The position numbers were made by a program, and so were the translations under genes. A DNA stretch of 64,000 nt from an uncultured archaeon. Lineage in GTDB: Archaea > Asgardarchaeota > Thorarchaeia > Thorarchaeales > Thorarchaeaceae. Location of the stretch: NCBI GenBank assembly GCA_964558645.1, contig CAZLEV010000001.1:285568-349567 (forward strand). Direction: 5' to 3'. Below the pieces are notes generated by a model. It had not been told where the DNA came from, did no database searches, and saw nothing but the letters and a program-made list of their open reading frames with translations. Shown here one piece after another: positions 40,335-50,893 of this stretch. Position 1 is the first letter of the stretch. Each line of letters opens with the position of its first letter.

Positions 40335-41531
40335 TCACTTCATTATAGTTATCTGTTGAATAACAAATTCCCTGAGCTCTTTTACAGGCTTCGGCTCCTG
40401 CAAAATCCTCCCATGTTTCATGAGGGTCTGGGTTGTCCGCTTCATTCGCTTCCCACATTGCGGGCAGGCGGGTTGATTGGCGTCACGTAGCGTTACCTCG
40501 GTTTGCATGCAGTCTGGACATTGCCAGGCAAACTTCCTGCCTGAGAATTTTCCTCTCTTCGCACACGGAACCCATGTGTCCCCATCCCTTATTGAAACGA
40601 TATCCATAGCGAAGTCTACTGCAGGAGAATTGCTGATAGCTCCTCCGACACCATATCCGTTGACTGGCGAGTCATTCAGCCAATTAATGGCCTCTTCGTC
40701 TAATCCGCCGCTCACGAATATCGCGACATCGTTGAAGCCTCTTGCGTCAAGCTCCCATCGAACCTCCTCGATGATTTCCTTGAAGTTTCCTTTTCGACTA
40801 CTCGGTGTGTCCAGTCTGACACCGTCAATTCCTTCCATCTCAGCTGCTGCAAGAACAGATTCCTTTACTTCATCGAGATAGGTGTCCGTGAGAGCTATTC
40901 TGGATACATTCTTGGGAACATTTCTGCTAAAGGCGTTCCACGCTCTTATGTGGTCCTGAAAGGCGATGATCAGTGCATGAGGCATTGTACCCTGCGCCTC
41001 AATCCCGAGGAGCTCTCCACCCAATACGCATGATACGCCATCACACCCACCGATGTACGCGGCATAGGAGACCTGTGGTGTGATAGCAGGATGTGTCCTT
41101 CGAGCTCCGAATGAGAGGAGTGTCTTGTCCTTTGCCGCTCGTCTGAGGTGAGCAGTCTTGGAGACCATTCCTGATGAATGGCAGATGAAGCCTAACATTG
41201 GAGTTTCGAGGGCAGCGAACTCCTGGTAGCGACCTTCTATTGCTATGACCGGGGTTCGTACCGAATGACTACCACGTGGATGAAACAGTGTCCCTTCAGG
41301 CAGTCCATAGATGTCAACTTCCCTCCCTTCGAATAGCTTGAGAAGATCATCTATGCCGGCTACGATACCCCACTCTAAGTTTCCTGGCATTGCCGAAACG
41401 GTGACCTCGGCGTGAACTACCGGGTTGATGTTTTCTGCCTTCAGAATCTCAACTGTACGGTCGAAGTAGATGTCAGTGGTCTTACCCGCAAGTATCTCGT
41501 CATCTGTTGCGATTCGCCATCTCCTCTTCAT
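40335..41531 (-). CDS. pncB: Nicotinate phosphoribosyltransferase (archaeal type)
   Basis: TDIYF, SFGARR, GTMPH, VRLDT, SGG, GVG; C-terminal CxxC..CxxC. Confidence 0.93.
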   Translation of the reverse strand: MKRRWRIATDDEILAGKTTDIYFDRTVEILKAENINPVVHAEVTVSAMPGNLEWGIVAGIDDLLKLFEGREVDIYGLPEGTLFHPRGSHSVRTPVIAIEGRYQEFAALETPMLGFICHSSGMVSKTAHLRRAAKDKTLLSFGARRTHPAITPQVSYAAYIGGCDGVSCVLGGELLGIEAQGTMPHALIIAFQDHIRAWNAFSRNVPKNVSRIALTDTYLDEVKESVLAAAEMEGIDGVRLDTPSSRKGNFKEIIEEVRWELDARGFNDVAIFVSGGLDEEAINWLNDSPVNGYGVGGAISNSPAVDFAMDIVSIRDGDTWVPCAKRGKFSGRKFAWQCPDCMQTEVTLRDANQPACPQCGKRMKRTTQTLMKHGRILQEPKPVKELREFVIQQITIMK

Positions 41532-41749
41532 GATGAACCACCTGGGTTAACAAACAGAGACTTCCACAAAAAGGATATGTTTCGGCAGAAACTCGAAGAC
41601 CTGAGTGCGGTTTGATGCGGAGCGCATTGATGCTTGAGCGGACTGCCTTTCATTTGGCAGGATTATGCTTATACCGCCAAGTCTCTGAGTCATATTACTC
41701 TCTGGCCTATGCGTTTATACTTAAGCCCATAGAGTCTTCAGGCGTATCC

Positions 41750-42814
41750 CTACATTTCCCAGAAGTACTTCCCTCTCGAGTAGATGACCTCGTCGCCGGC
41801 GGTGACTTCTCCCTCATCCATCGACTTGATCATATCGACATGGACTGCAGACTCATTTGTTCCATTGCAGTCTTTGTAGGCATTGCCGAGTGCGCAGTGT
41901 ATGGTATCCCCTATCTTCTCATCGAACAGCATGTTCAGCGTGTATTGCTTGATACCGCGGTTTGTCCCGATTGCCATTTCGCCCAAATACCTGGAACCGT
42001 CGTCGGTTTCGATGATCTCTTTGAGTGTCGCTTCTTCCTTCTCTGCTGAGAAGTCAATTACCTCTCCTTTCTCGAATTGTAGACCGACCCCCTCTATCAC
42101 TTTGCCTCTCTGCATGAATGGAATGTCAAAGTAGATGTGTCCCTCAACTGTGTCTTCAACGGGCGCAGTGAACACCTCGCCGCTGGGCATGTTGTGCTTC
42201 CCATCCGATGCAATCCAGATCCGCCCCTCGGTCTTGGCGTAGAGGTTCGTTTCTGGACCTGTGAATCTTACGTCGTCATGATTCTCAAGGCGCTCCTTCA
42301 TCCTGTACATGTTCTCGCTTGCCTTTTCCCAGTCGATAAGCGTGGCCCCGTAGACGAAGTCTTTGTACTCCTCCATGCTCATACCTGCTTGTTGAGCCAG
42401 CGAGGGGCAGGGGTGAACAGTAAGGCTCCATCGCTTGGAGAGTCTTATGTTCGTGATATCTCGCATTGTCTTGGCTGCCACGGTCATCTTCGCCGGCTCG
42501 ATATTTGCAAGCGCCTTCGTATTCATTGGTGACCTGATTGCTATGTAGACGTCACATTCCTCAATCAGGGCTTTCTGATGCCTTGGTTCGAGCTGTAACG
42601 TTTCTTCAGATGCACCATCAAAAAATGCTTTAGTCACCTCTTCGCTGTCCATGATCGAAATAGCCCTCGCGCCCTTCTCAGCTATTTTCTTCGCCAGTGC
42701 AACAACGAGGTCGTGTGCGAGGGGGCTTGATCGGATGATGACCATATCGCCCTTTTGGATGTTGGTACTCCACTCAACGAGGATTCTAGCATGTTCAATG
42801 ATTCGAGAGTCCAT
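41750..42814 (-). CDS. M29 aminopeptidase (AmpS/AmpT-like)
   Basis: NMPSGEVF, LGEMAIG, DEKIGDTIHCALG, SAVHVD. Confidence 0.93.
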   Translation of the reverse strand: MDSRIIEHARILVEWSTNIQKGDMVIIRSSPLAHDLVVALAKKIAEKGARAISIMDSEEVTKAFFDGASEETLQLEPRHQKALIEECDVYIAIRSPMNTKALANIEPAKMTVAAKTMRDITNIRLSKRWSLTVHPCPSLAQQAGMSMEEYKDFVYGATLIDWEKASENMYRMKERLENHDDVRFTGPETNLYAKTEGRIWIASDGKHNMPSGEVFTAPVEDTVEGHIYFDIPFMQRGKVIEGVGLQFEKGEVIDFSAEKEEATLKEIIETDDGSRYLGEMAIGTNRGIKQYTLNMLFDEKIGDTIHCALGNAYKDCNGTNESAVHVDMIKSMDEGEVTAGDEVIYSRGKYFWEM

Positions 42815-43080
42815 TCTATTCGCCTGGGTGTACGAGCATCGTCATCAACTTATAGGTTGCGAACTGAGCTCTTCTGCATCCATGGAATGATTTGGGAGCC
42901 TGAAAGCAGCACAGCCATCATTAGAACGGGGTAGTAAGTGGAGATCCTAACATCTGGATTTGGCATCGACTTGATGTTGTTATATCCAAGCCGTTAGATC
43001 GGACCTGTGAGTTCGCTACTGCAGCCATTAGTCCAAAAATGGCGACGAGATGCGTTTCTCTGGTACTCTGTCAACAACTG

Positions 43081-43089
43081 TTTTAAAAG
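43081..43089 (+). promoter_or_regulatory. Putative TATA box
   Basis: TTTTAAAAG about 30 bp upstream of ATG 43117, consistent with a leaderless archaeal transcript. Confidence 0.5.
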
Positions 43090-43116
43090 CCGGACAATAC
43101 TAGACTTGACGCGACC

Positions 43117-44397
43117 ATGGAACCTGCAGCACTAATCATTCTGGCAATATTCATCGGCACCATGCTTGTGGTGTTATCCGAGAAGGTGAATGAGACAGCT
43201 ACTGCTCTCTTCGCCATGTGCTTGGCAGCTATGGTCCTCTTGATCACTATGGGCATCGAATTCGCAGACTTCGTCTTGCTGATTGAGTGGGATACGATTC
43301 TGTTCATTGCGGCGATGATGATTGTTGTATCAGTCGCTGGTTCGTCAGGAATGTTTCAGTATATCTCCCTTCTCTTAGTAAGGAGAACTGGTAACAATCC
43401 CAAGAAGGTATTTGTCGTGTTCATGGCCTTTGTGGCTGTTATCTCTCTGTTCTTTGATCCGCTTCCAACCATGCTGATCATGGGTTCATTCACTGTAGAG
43501 ATATGTAGAGCCTTGGAGATGGATGCCAAGCCCTTCTTGATATCCGAAGTCATAGTAGCAAATGTTGCATCCTTCCCGTCAGTTGTAGGTTCAGTACCCA
43601 ATCTTGTTATATCTGCTTGGATGAATATTGACGCTGGACAACTACTGATTGTCATTGGGCCTTTGACAGCGATTCTCTTTGCACTGACGATTCCGCTGCT
43701 ACTCAGGATATTCAAAGCCTCTTTTGAAGATGAGAAGGTACTAGACTCGAATATTCTCTTCATGATTCAGCCTAGCATAATGATTCGTTCAAGAAGAGAC
43801 TTCTACATTTCAGTGGTCGCCCTAGGCATCCTTGTCGCGGGCTTCGTAGCAGGGCCAGGGATGAGCATCTCCCCCAGCTTTGTAGCCTTGATGGTTGCAT
43901 CTGGAACCTTAGTGTTGTCGCAGGTCGGCGTCGAAGACTTGTTGAGGAAACTATCGTGGGACACGGTATTCTTCATCATAGGCCTGTTCGGTATTGTTGC
44001 ATCAATGACCGCGAGTGGCCTTATCGCGGCCATCGTGGATGTGACTCAATCGGTAATCGGAGGGAACGTCTTTGCTGCAATTCTGTTCATGCTCTGGGTT
44101 CCCGGACTTGTACTGGCACTCGTAGACAACATACCGGTTGCCGCGCTTCTTACCCCTCTGGCTGAGGGTTTCATGGAAATAAGCGGCGTTGTTTCTCTGT
44201 CCCTGATTGTTGGAGCAAACGTTGGCGGCTATATCATTCCTTTTGGAGATGCGCCTAACATGATTGCAATCGGTCTTTCGGCCGAAGCGGGAGATCCCAT
44301 CTCTATCATCGAGTTCACCAAGGTGTGCCTTATCCTCGGCACTCTACACCTGATTGTTGCATCTCTCTATTGCTTCCTGTGGGTGCCCTTGATTTAG
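43117..44397 (+). CDS. ArsB/NhaD/SLC13-like ion transporter
   Basis: WDTIL, VGSVPN, VDNIP, GANVGG..GDAPN. Confidence 0.88.
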   Translation: MEPAALIILAIFIGTMLVVLSEKVNETATALFAMCLAAMVLLITMGIEFADFVLLIEWDTILFIAAMMIVVSVAGSSGMFQYISLLLVRRTGNNPKKVFVVFMAFVAVISLFFDPLPTMLIMGSFTVEICRALEMDAKPFLISEVIVANVASFPSVVGSVPNLVISAWMNIDAGQLLIVIGPLTAILFALTIPLLLRIFKASFEDEKVLDSNILFMIQPSIMIRSRRDFYISVVALGILVAGFVAGPGMSISPSFVALMVASGTLVLSQVGVEDLLRKLSWDTVFFIIGLFGIVASMTASGLIAAIVDVTQSVIGGNVFAAILFMLWVPGLVLALVDNIPVAALLTPLAEGFMEISGVVSLSLIVGANVGGYIIPFGDAPNMIAIGLSAEAGDPISIIEFTKVCLILGTLHLIVASLYCFLWVPLI

Positions 44398-44685
44398 TTC
44401 GACTATTATCCAGTGTAGGTTTCGGACATCAAAGGTAGGGACTGTTCTGGAATATCTTGCCTGCAGCTCGGACAGGTGGTCAAGCATGAGGAAGAACAAG
44501 TATACGGTCCTCTGTGGCCTGATTCCTCTGCATAGTTCTTAACGCGAGCCCTCTGGAGAAAGTTGCTTCTGAAAAGCTAGATATTTGTGCAAAAGAACAC
44601 AAAATGTTCGGGGCCATATCCAATGTGTTATATTCTCCTTCCTCTCCTCTCGTGTTGTAGGATACAGTTTCAGAGAGTTGTCTAG

Positions 44686-46575
44686 ATGAAGCAGACTTCC
44701 GATTTTCCCGATCAGCTGCTTGACGAGGAGAACCTCGCCAAACTAAATGAGATACAGAGTGATGCCTGCAGAGAGTTCATTTTGGAAGCAATCGAGCTCT
44801 GCAGTCCTAATAGAGTCTTCATAGTCAGTGACAGCAAGCAGGACATTGCAATGGTCCGTCACAGGGCGATAGAAGAAGGTGATGAGATTCGCCTACCCAT
44901 GGAGGGACACACCGTCCATTATGACGGCTATTATGATCAAGCTCGCGATGTCAAGAATACCAAGTATCTCGTGCCAGAGGACAAGCATTTAGATCAGAAT
45001 CTTAATCAGATTGAGCGAGAGGAGGGTCTTCGAGAGGTTCTTGGGTTCTTGGAAGGCAGCATGAAAGGTAAGGACATGATTGTCCGGTTCTTCTCTCTCG
45101 GCCCCAATGAGTCAGAGTTCTCCATCCTTACCATGCAAATAACCGATTCGTATTACGTTGCCCACAGTCTGGATTTGCTCTATCGTCCTGCTTATGCTCA
45201 GTTCGCTAAGATGAAGAAGGATAATTCTTTCTTCAGAGTGTTGCATTCCGCAGGTCGACTTGAGAACAACGTGTCTGCAGATGTCGATAAGCGCAGGATA
45301 TTCATCGACTATACTGACGATACTGTATACAGTGTGAACACTCAGTATGCCGGCAACACAGTAGGACTCAAGAAACTGGCTTTTCGTTTGGCCATAAGGA
45401 AGGCTGACAGAGAAGGCTGGCTTGCAGAGCATATGTTCATCATGGCAATTCATGGGCCTGACGGACGGAAGACTTACTTCTCAGGCGCTTTCCCCTCAGG
45501 ATGTGGGAAGACCAGCACTTCAATGGTTCTTGGCGAGACCATAGTTGGAGACGACCTCGCCTACATCAAGAAGTTCGATGATGGCATAAGAACTGCCAAT
45601 GTCGAAAGCGGGATATTTGGAATCATTCGCGGCGTCAACGCCGATGATGATCCGGTTATTTTTGATGTACTGATGAGCCCTGGAGAGATCATCTTCTCGA
45701 ATGTTCTGATACACGACGGGAAACCTTACTGGCTGGGTGATGGAAGCGAGCATCCAGAAGAAGGGGTGAATTTCGTGGGAGAATGGCACAAAGGTATGCA
45801 AGGGCCGGATGGCGAAGAGGTGCCGATATCTCATAAGAATGCCCGTTACACTTTGAGACTCTCTTACCTGGAGAATCTTGACCCGAACGCTGAAGCAAAA
45901 GAGGGTGTCCCCCTCGACGGCATCATCTATGGAGGACGGGACTCGAACACATGGGTTCCAGTAGCTGAGTCCTTCGATTGGGCACACGGAGTGATCACCA
46001 TGGGTGCCAGCCTTGAATCGGAATCGACTGCGGCCACTCTTGGCAAGGAAGGTGTTCGGAAATTCCAGCCCTTCTCGAATATCGATTTCATATCGATTCC
46101 TCTTGGACGGTACATCCAAAATCATCTCGGATTCATCGATGATGTTACAGAGGTTCCGAAGATCTTCGGAGTCAACTACTTCCTGAAAGATGAGCACGGG
46201 AACTACTTGAACGGCAAGCAGGACAAGCGTGTATGGCTGAAATGGATGGAGCTTAGAATTCATGATGAGGTTTCCGCGATTGAGACTCCTATTGGACTAG
46301 TGCCTAGGTATCATGATCTAGAGCAGCTGTTTCGTGAGATTCTCGACAACGAATATACTCTGAAGCAATATCAGGAGCAGTTCCAAATCAGAGTCCCAGA
46401 ACTACTCAAGAAGATTGAACGCGTATGTGCGAAATATCGTGAAGATGTTGAAGAGGTTCCGGAGGAGCTCTTTGTTGTACTCGATGCGCAGAAGAAACGC
46501 CTTTTGTCTGCTCAGAAGAAGCATGGTGACACTATTGACCCCAGAATGTTCGATGCGGTCGCGGTCTGTTGCTGA
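44686..46575 (+). CDS. pckG: GTP-dependent phosphoenolpyruvate carboxykinase
   Basis: YAGN, GWLAEHM, AFPSGCGKT, VGDD, NARY, GGRD. Confidence 0.95.
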   Translation: MKQTSDFPDQLLDEENLAKLNEIQSDACREFILEAIELCSPNRVFIVSDSKQDIAMVRHRAIEEGDEIRLPMEGHTVHYDGYYDQARDVKNTKYLVPEDKHLDQNLNQIEREEGLREVLGFLEGSMKGKDMIVRFFSLGPNESEFSILTMQITDSYYVAHSLDLLYRPAYAQFAKMKKDNSFFRVLHSAGRLENNVSADVDKRRIFIDYTDDTVYSVNTQYAGNTVGLKKLAFRLAIRKADREGWLAEHMFIMAIHGPDGRKTYFSGAFPSGCGKTSTSMVLGETIVGDDLAYIKKFDDGIRTANVESGIFGIIRGVNADDDPVIFDVLMSPGEIIFSNVLIHDGKPYWLGDGSEHPEEGVNFVGEWHKGMQGPDGEEVPISHKNARYTLRLSYLENLDPNAEAKEGVPLDGIIYGGRDSNTWVPVAESFDWAHGVITMGASLESESTAATLGKEGVRKFQPFSNIDFISIPLGRYIQNHLGFIDDVTEVPKIFGVNYFLKDEHGNYLNGKQDKRVWLKWMELRIHDEVSAIETPIGLVPRYHDLEQLFREILDNEYTLKQYQEQFQIRVPELLKKIERVCAKYREDVEEVPEELFVVLDAQKKRLLSAQKKHGDTIDPRMFDAVAVCC

Positions 46576-46612
46576 TAGCAGAGATTCTGGGTATGAATCC
46601 TTGGATCACTCA

Positions 46613-48997
46613 TTAGTGCAATTCCGAGAAGCGGTTCCTTCCCACTCTCACCAAGACCGAGTTGAAACCGGGAGTGTGGCCGAATGCAGTGTGCCGGTCA
46701 TCCGTCAGTAGATTGATGTTTCCGTCAACATTCCACCAACCGTCGGATGCCCAGACGATTCTCGGGTCTATGTCTTCGTCAATCTCAAGTCTAATACCTT
46801 CGACTTTACCGCGTACTGATTCCACAGCAACCCTGTCCCCATCCGCCAGATCAAGCTTGCTAGCAGTGTCTGGATGCATCCTCAGAAAAGCTCGCTTCTC
46901 TTCCACATTCCTTCTTGATGTCATGCGAATCGGATCTGTAACCACACTGTAGGGACAGACATCAAGCTGACACTCTCTGCACCCGATGCACTTGCTTGCG
47001 TCCCATTCAGGTACTAAGAAACCTGTGATCGATTCTGGAATGAGCAGGGTCCGCGCTTCTGTTCTGGTCGCGAGGCGAGACACAAGGGTGCCTAGTTGAG
47101 CTCGTATCCTTGCATTGCTATCGGAATCAACGCCCCTCCGGATCATCTCTGCTGTGGGAGCGACCATTTCGATAGCCTCATCAGGACACTCCTTGACGCA
47201 CTTCTGACAAGTCGTGCATTCGGAATAGCTTGTGACCGTAGCTCCAACCTCAACCGTTGTGTATTGCGAATGAAGTCGGCACCTGAGTCTTCCCGAGATC
47301 ATGATGAGCGGGTAATCCTCTGCAAGGTGTGGTGTGGACCGCGGACTCTCTGCAGGTTCTTCATGAAATGGAAGTGGGTCGTGACCCATAGACTCTAGGT
47401 CACGAGAATACAACTCCACCTTTCCTGACTTCGTATTGAATTGCCGGTCCGAAAACGGAATCTTTGGGCTTCTTGTTCGGATTCCCTCAGGGTGCTCTTC
47501 GAGGTCTTCAAGCGTGATGTCCCGACAGTCGTCCGAATCCAGCGCCAGTCTTATTGCGTCACGCTCTGTCAGTCTGAAGAACTGACCGAAACCAAGCCGC
47601 TGCGCAATCCCCCTCCAGATGGCCAGTTCATTTCTGGATTCGCCAACTGGCTCAATGATTTTGGGAGCGTATTGCACGATTCTATGCAGCTCGCTGTGCA
47701 CAATGTTATCATGCTCGAATATCAAGGTTGCAGGGAGAACAATGTCACAGAGTCTTGCAGTATCTGTCATCTCCAAATCGATGCAGACCTTGAATGGGAT
47801 CTTGTTGAGCGCACGGATGGTCTTGTTGGTATTGGGCCATTGCGTCACTGGGCTTGCAGCCTGTATCACCAGTACGTCCATAGCAGGCTCTGACCGACTC
47901 AGGATGTATTCGGGAAGATACGTTCCGGAAGGTACAATTGGCTGGACCTTCTCATCGGCTAGATGCTCCAGCCGGACAGCGGCACCGTTGAACGGAGAGA
48001 AATCGGATGAGAGATACTGGAATCCCCCTCCTGCTACTCCGAGATATCCACAGATTGCCAGTAGGCTGTGTACCGCTCGCGCGGCCCAGCTACCGTTTGT
48101 GTAGTGATTCATCCCAGCAGGAGCAGTCATGATGAGCGAAGGGCCATGAGTTGCGAATGTGACGGCAATGCGTTCGATCGTGTTCTCGTCAACCCACGTT
48201 AGTCTGCTGACAGTCTTCTTGTCATACTCTGCCACACGCTCACGATATTCATCAAAACCCACAATGTGTTTCTGGGCGAAATCTTTGTCGTAGAGACCTC
48301 TCCTAATAATCACGTTTGCGAGGCCTAGAGCCAGGGCGGCATCGGTGCCTGGTCTAATGGTCGTGTATATGTCCGCTTTCTTAGCGTACGGAGTCTTTCT
48401 GGGGTCGATGACAATGAGCTTGGCACCGTGCTCTATGGCTTCGTCAATCACTCTCTTGCAGTGAACACCCGATTCGTGCTTGTTCGTTCCCCAGATTATA
48501 ACACATCTGGAGTTTGCCCAATCCTCGAGCTCGTGGGGTGGAAAGGGTCCTACATTGAATCGGGCCCCCTCATACGCTCCCTCGAAGCAAATCTCAACGA
48601 TGCCCGGTATCAACCTGGTGCCGATCACGTTGGCGAACCTGGCGGCATATTGTGGAGCCAGGCCGTCATTGCCTGAACCAGAGTAGATACCGATGGACAT
48701 CGGACCATGAGAAGACATTGCCTGTTTCATTTTCTCTGCAATCTCGTTAAGAGCTTCATCCCATGAGACCTGAACGAAGGTGCTATCAGCTCTCTTTCTC
48801 ATTGGATACCTCAGTCGGTCTTCGGAATAGGTGCGTAATACGTGGGCGTAACCCTTTGAACAAGCTCGGCCTAGCGTGTAGGGGTGATCTTCGTCTCCGT
48901 CTAGCCGCACAATCCTGCCCTCTTCTACTGTGATCTTGAAGGAGCAAATATCTGGACAGTTGAGGGCACATGCTGAGTAGAATGTTTCGCGAATCAT
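46613..48997 (-). CDS. Mo/W-bisPGD oxidoreductase with an internal 2x[4Fe-4S] insertion
   Basis: CALNCPDIC...C N-terminal cluster, WGTN, IDPR, RPGTD, DIVLPA, HSQ; inserted CTTCQKC..CP and CIGCREC...CP. Confidence 0.9.
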   Translation of the reverse strand: MIRETFYSACALNCPDICSFKITVEEGRIVRLDGDEDHPYTLGRACSKGYAHVLRTYSEDRLRYPMRKRADSTFVQVSWDEALNEIAEKMKQAMSSHGPMSIGIYSGSGNDGLAPQYAARFANVIGTRLIPGIVEICFEGAYEGARFNVGPFPPHELEDWANSRCVIIWGTNKHESGVHCKRVIDEAIEHGAKLIVIDPRKTPYAKKADIYTTIRPGTDAALALGLANVIIRRGLYDKDFAQKHIVGFDEYRERVAEYDKKTVSRLTWVDENTIERIAVTFATHGPSLIMTAPAGMNHYTNGSWAARAVHSLLAICGYLGVAGGGFQYLSSDFSPFNGAAVRLEHLADEKVQPIVPSGTYLPEYILSRSEPAMDVLVIQAASPVTQWPNTNKTIRALNKIPFKVCIDLEMTDTARLCDIVLPATLIFEHDNIVHSELHRIVQYAPKIIEPVGESRNELAIWRGIAQRLGFGQFFRLTERDAIRLALDSDDCRDITLEDLEEHPEGIRTRSPKIPFSDRQFNTKSGKVELYSRDLESMGHDPLPFHEEPAESPRSTPHLAEDYPLIMISGRLRCRLHSQYTTVEVGATVTSYSECTTCQKCVKECPDEAIEMVAPTAEMIRRGVDSDSNARIRAQLGTLVSRLATRTEARTLLIPESITGFLVPEWDASKCIGCRECQLDVCPYSVVTDPIRMTSRRNVEEKRAFLRMHPDTASKLDLADGDRVAVESVRGKVEGIRLEIDEDIDPRIVWASDGWWNVDGNINLLTDDRHTAFGHTPGFNSVLVRVGRNRFSELH

Positions 48998-49091
48998 CGT
49001 ATTCTCCGAGGAGTCATCCGATTAGGAATAACTCTTACTGTCTCATTAGAAGGCGAGGTCGGACAGAACGCACACCTGCATCTTCTCATGC

Positions 49092-49508
49092 CTACTGCTC
49101 ATTACCTTCCGTTTCGCTTTCTGACCTGGTAGAAACCCAGTCAATATTCTCTCCAATGAGGTAGAAGCCGACGTATCCAATAGAGAATGGAAACCAGAGA
49201 AAGATGATGCCGTAACCGGATATGACGAATAGAAATCCGAAGATGACCGAAAAAATGGCGAGCATACACCCAATTGCAAAGGACCTTGTGCTTCTTATGC
49301 CCCCTCCGTGATTCTCCAATGCCCAGGGTATCCGTAAAATGCCAACGGTCAGGAGTAGGAACAGTCCGATTGACTGAAGCATGGAGAAAAGGTAGCCGAA
49401 CTCGATTGACGCGATTGGCCCCAGGCTTCCGAATATGAATAGTAAAACTCCAATTGCTGTTGCTATCATGTAGGGATTGCGAAGCTTGCTTTCGGAGGTT
49501 AACTGCAT
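49092..49508 (-). CDS. Small 4-TM membrane protein
   Basis: Hydrophobic segments. Confidence 0.65.
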   Translation of the reverse strand: MQLTSESKLRNPYMIATAIGVLLFIFGSLGPIASIEFGYLFSMLQSIGLFLLLTVGILRIPWALENHGGGIRSTRSFAIGCMLAIFSVIFGFLFVISGYGIIFLWFPFSIGYVGFYLIGENIDWVSTRSESETEGNEQ

Positions 49509-49575
49509 CTTGCGCCCTCAGTCCTGACATACAGGCCGTTCCTTATAAGGAGATATGGCGAACAGGATGAATCAA

Positions 49576-50127
49576 TTACTTCTTGCTGACCCATTCATTC
49601 CCATGGATGTAGTATCTCAGTCGCAGGTTCTCGCCTTCAGACACTCCAACACGTGTGGTCTTATGGATTCTCGTAGGCTTCTCTCCAGAGTTAAAAATCT
49701 TGATTTCTTCTCCTATCTTCTGGCCATTATGTCGTATATCGATTCCAAAAGCCTGTGTGACCCTGGCCGGACCATTCGTCAGGTTATCAGTGCGTCCTCG
49801 GTTCTCCGTCATCTTCTCTCTTCCTTCAATAGGTTCTACTGCCCGGATGAGAACTGCACCGGGTGTTCCCGCCTTTTCACAGACGAAGTTGAGCATGTAG
49901 TGCATCCCGTAGGTGAAGTAGACATAGATGTGACCTGGTGGTCCGAACATGACCTCGTTGCGTGGTGTCTTATTCCCCATATGCGCGTGAGATCCGGGTT
50001 CGTCCATATACGCCTCCGTCTCGACAATCCTTCCTCTGAGACCGTCCTTGGCCAGAATCTTTCCTAGTAGATCCTGTGCGACGATATCTGTTCTTCTTGT
50101 GAAGAACTCGGTTCCCAGTTCTCTCAT
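49576..50127 (-). CDS. mpg: DNA-3-methyladenine glycosylase (MPG/AAG family)
   Basis: RIVETEAY, YVYFTYGMH, AVLIRA, GPA, RVG. Confidence 0.95.
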   Translation of the reverse strand: MRELGTEFFTRRTDIVAQDLLGKILAKDGLRGRIVETEAYMDEPGSHAHMGNKTPRNEVMFGPPGHIYVYFTYGMHYMLNFVCEKAGTPGAVLIRAVEPIEGREKMTENRGRTDNLTNGPARVTQAFGIDIRHNGQKIGEEIKIFNSGEKPTRIHKTTRVGVSEGENLRLRYYIHGNEWVSKK

Positions 50128-50224
50128 TGATAAACGTCCGTCTCCAGCGTTGGTTTTCGCACTATGTTGGCTGGCTTTCTTCTTCCCCCTCCTAGCTCTC
50201 TTAGATGTTACTTTTTGGGAGGAC

Positions 50225-50893
50225 CTATCCAGTAGGTGTGACAGAACCCCAGGACGTGGCGAAGACCAAGAGAGCCAACATCAGACCGCTTAGGCTGAGA
50301 ACAGAGGCCAAGACATCATAGGGTCTTTTGGATACGCCCGGAACAAAGAAGCCAGTACTCTCCCTGTAGTCAAGATACTCTTGACCATACTCGTTCAAGA
50401 GATATCTCTCCTCTACCGAGGCTAGAACTACATATGTAGCGAGGACTGCGAACCAAAGCGCTGCGGAGGCTTGATAGGGTATCCAGCTGATACCGCGGGT
50501 GTGCGTCTGTATCCAGTAGCTCCACGCCGTCAGTCCCGAGGTCAAAAGCAAGAACCCAAGATATTGGGGATGACGAACGTAGCGATATGGTCCAGAGGTC
50601 ACGAAACCGGTGGTTCGTCTCTGGTAGATTGCCAGATAGACAATTGATGTCAACGAGATCAGGAAGCCAAGGTCGGTTACAAGATTCATCGGATTCAGGG
50701 GGTTGGCGGTGAAGAATGCTGCAGTTTCTGCAATCGCAGTGGGTCCGTTCGCAAACATGGCAATCAAGAAGCCGAGCAGAGGAGCTGCCATCAGCCCTAC
50801 CCAGCCAAAAACTCCTGGCGCTGATGTCACTAAGGGAAGCAGATATCCTACGAAGTGCATAGCTTTTTGTCGAAATCTCTCCTTCCAACTCAT
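50225..50893 (-). CDS. ICMT/PEMT family membrane methyltransferase
   Basis: GPYRYVRHPQY, EE..L...G..Y..Y. Confidence 0.85.
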   Translation of the reverse strand: MSWKERFRQKAMHFVGYLLPLVTSAPGVFGWVGLMAAPLLGFLIAMFANGPTAIAETAAFFTANPLNPMNLVTDLGFLISLTSIVYLAIYQRRTTGFVTSGPYRYVRHPQYLGFLLLTSGLTAWSYWIQTHTRGISWIPYQASAALWFAVLATYVVLASVEERYLLNEYGQEYLDYRESTGFFVPGVSKRPYDVLASVLSLSGLMLALLVFATSWGSVTPTG

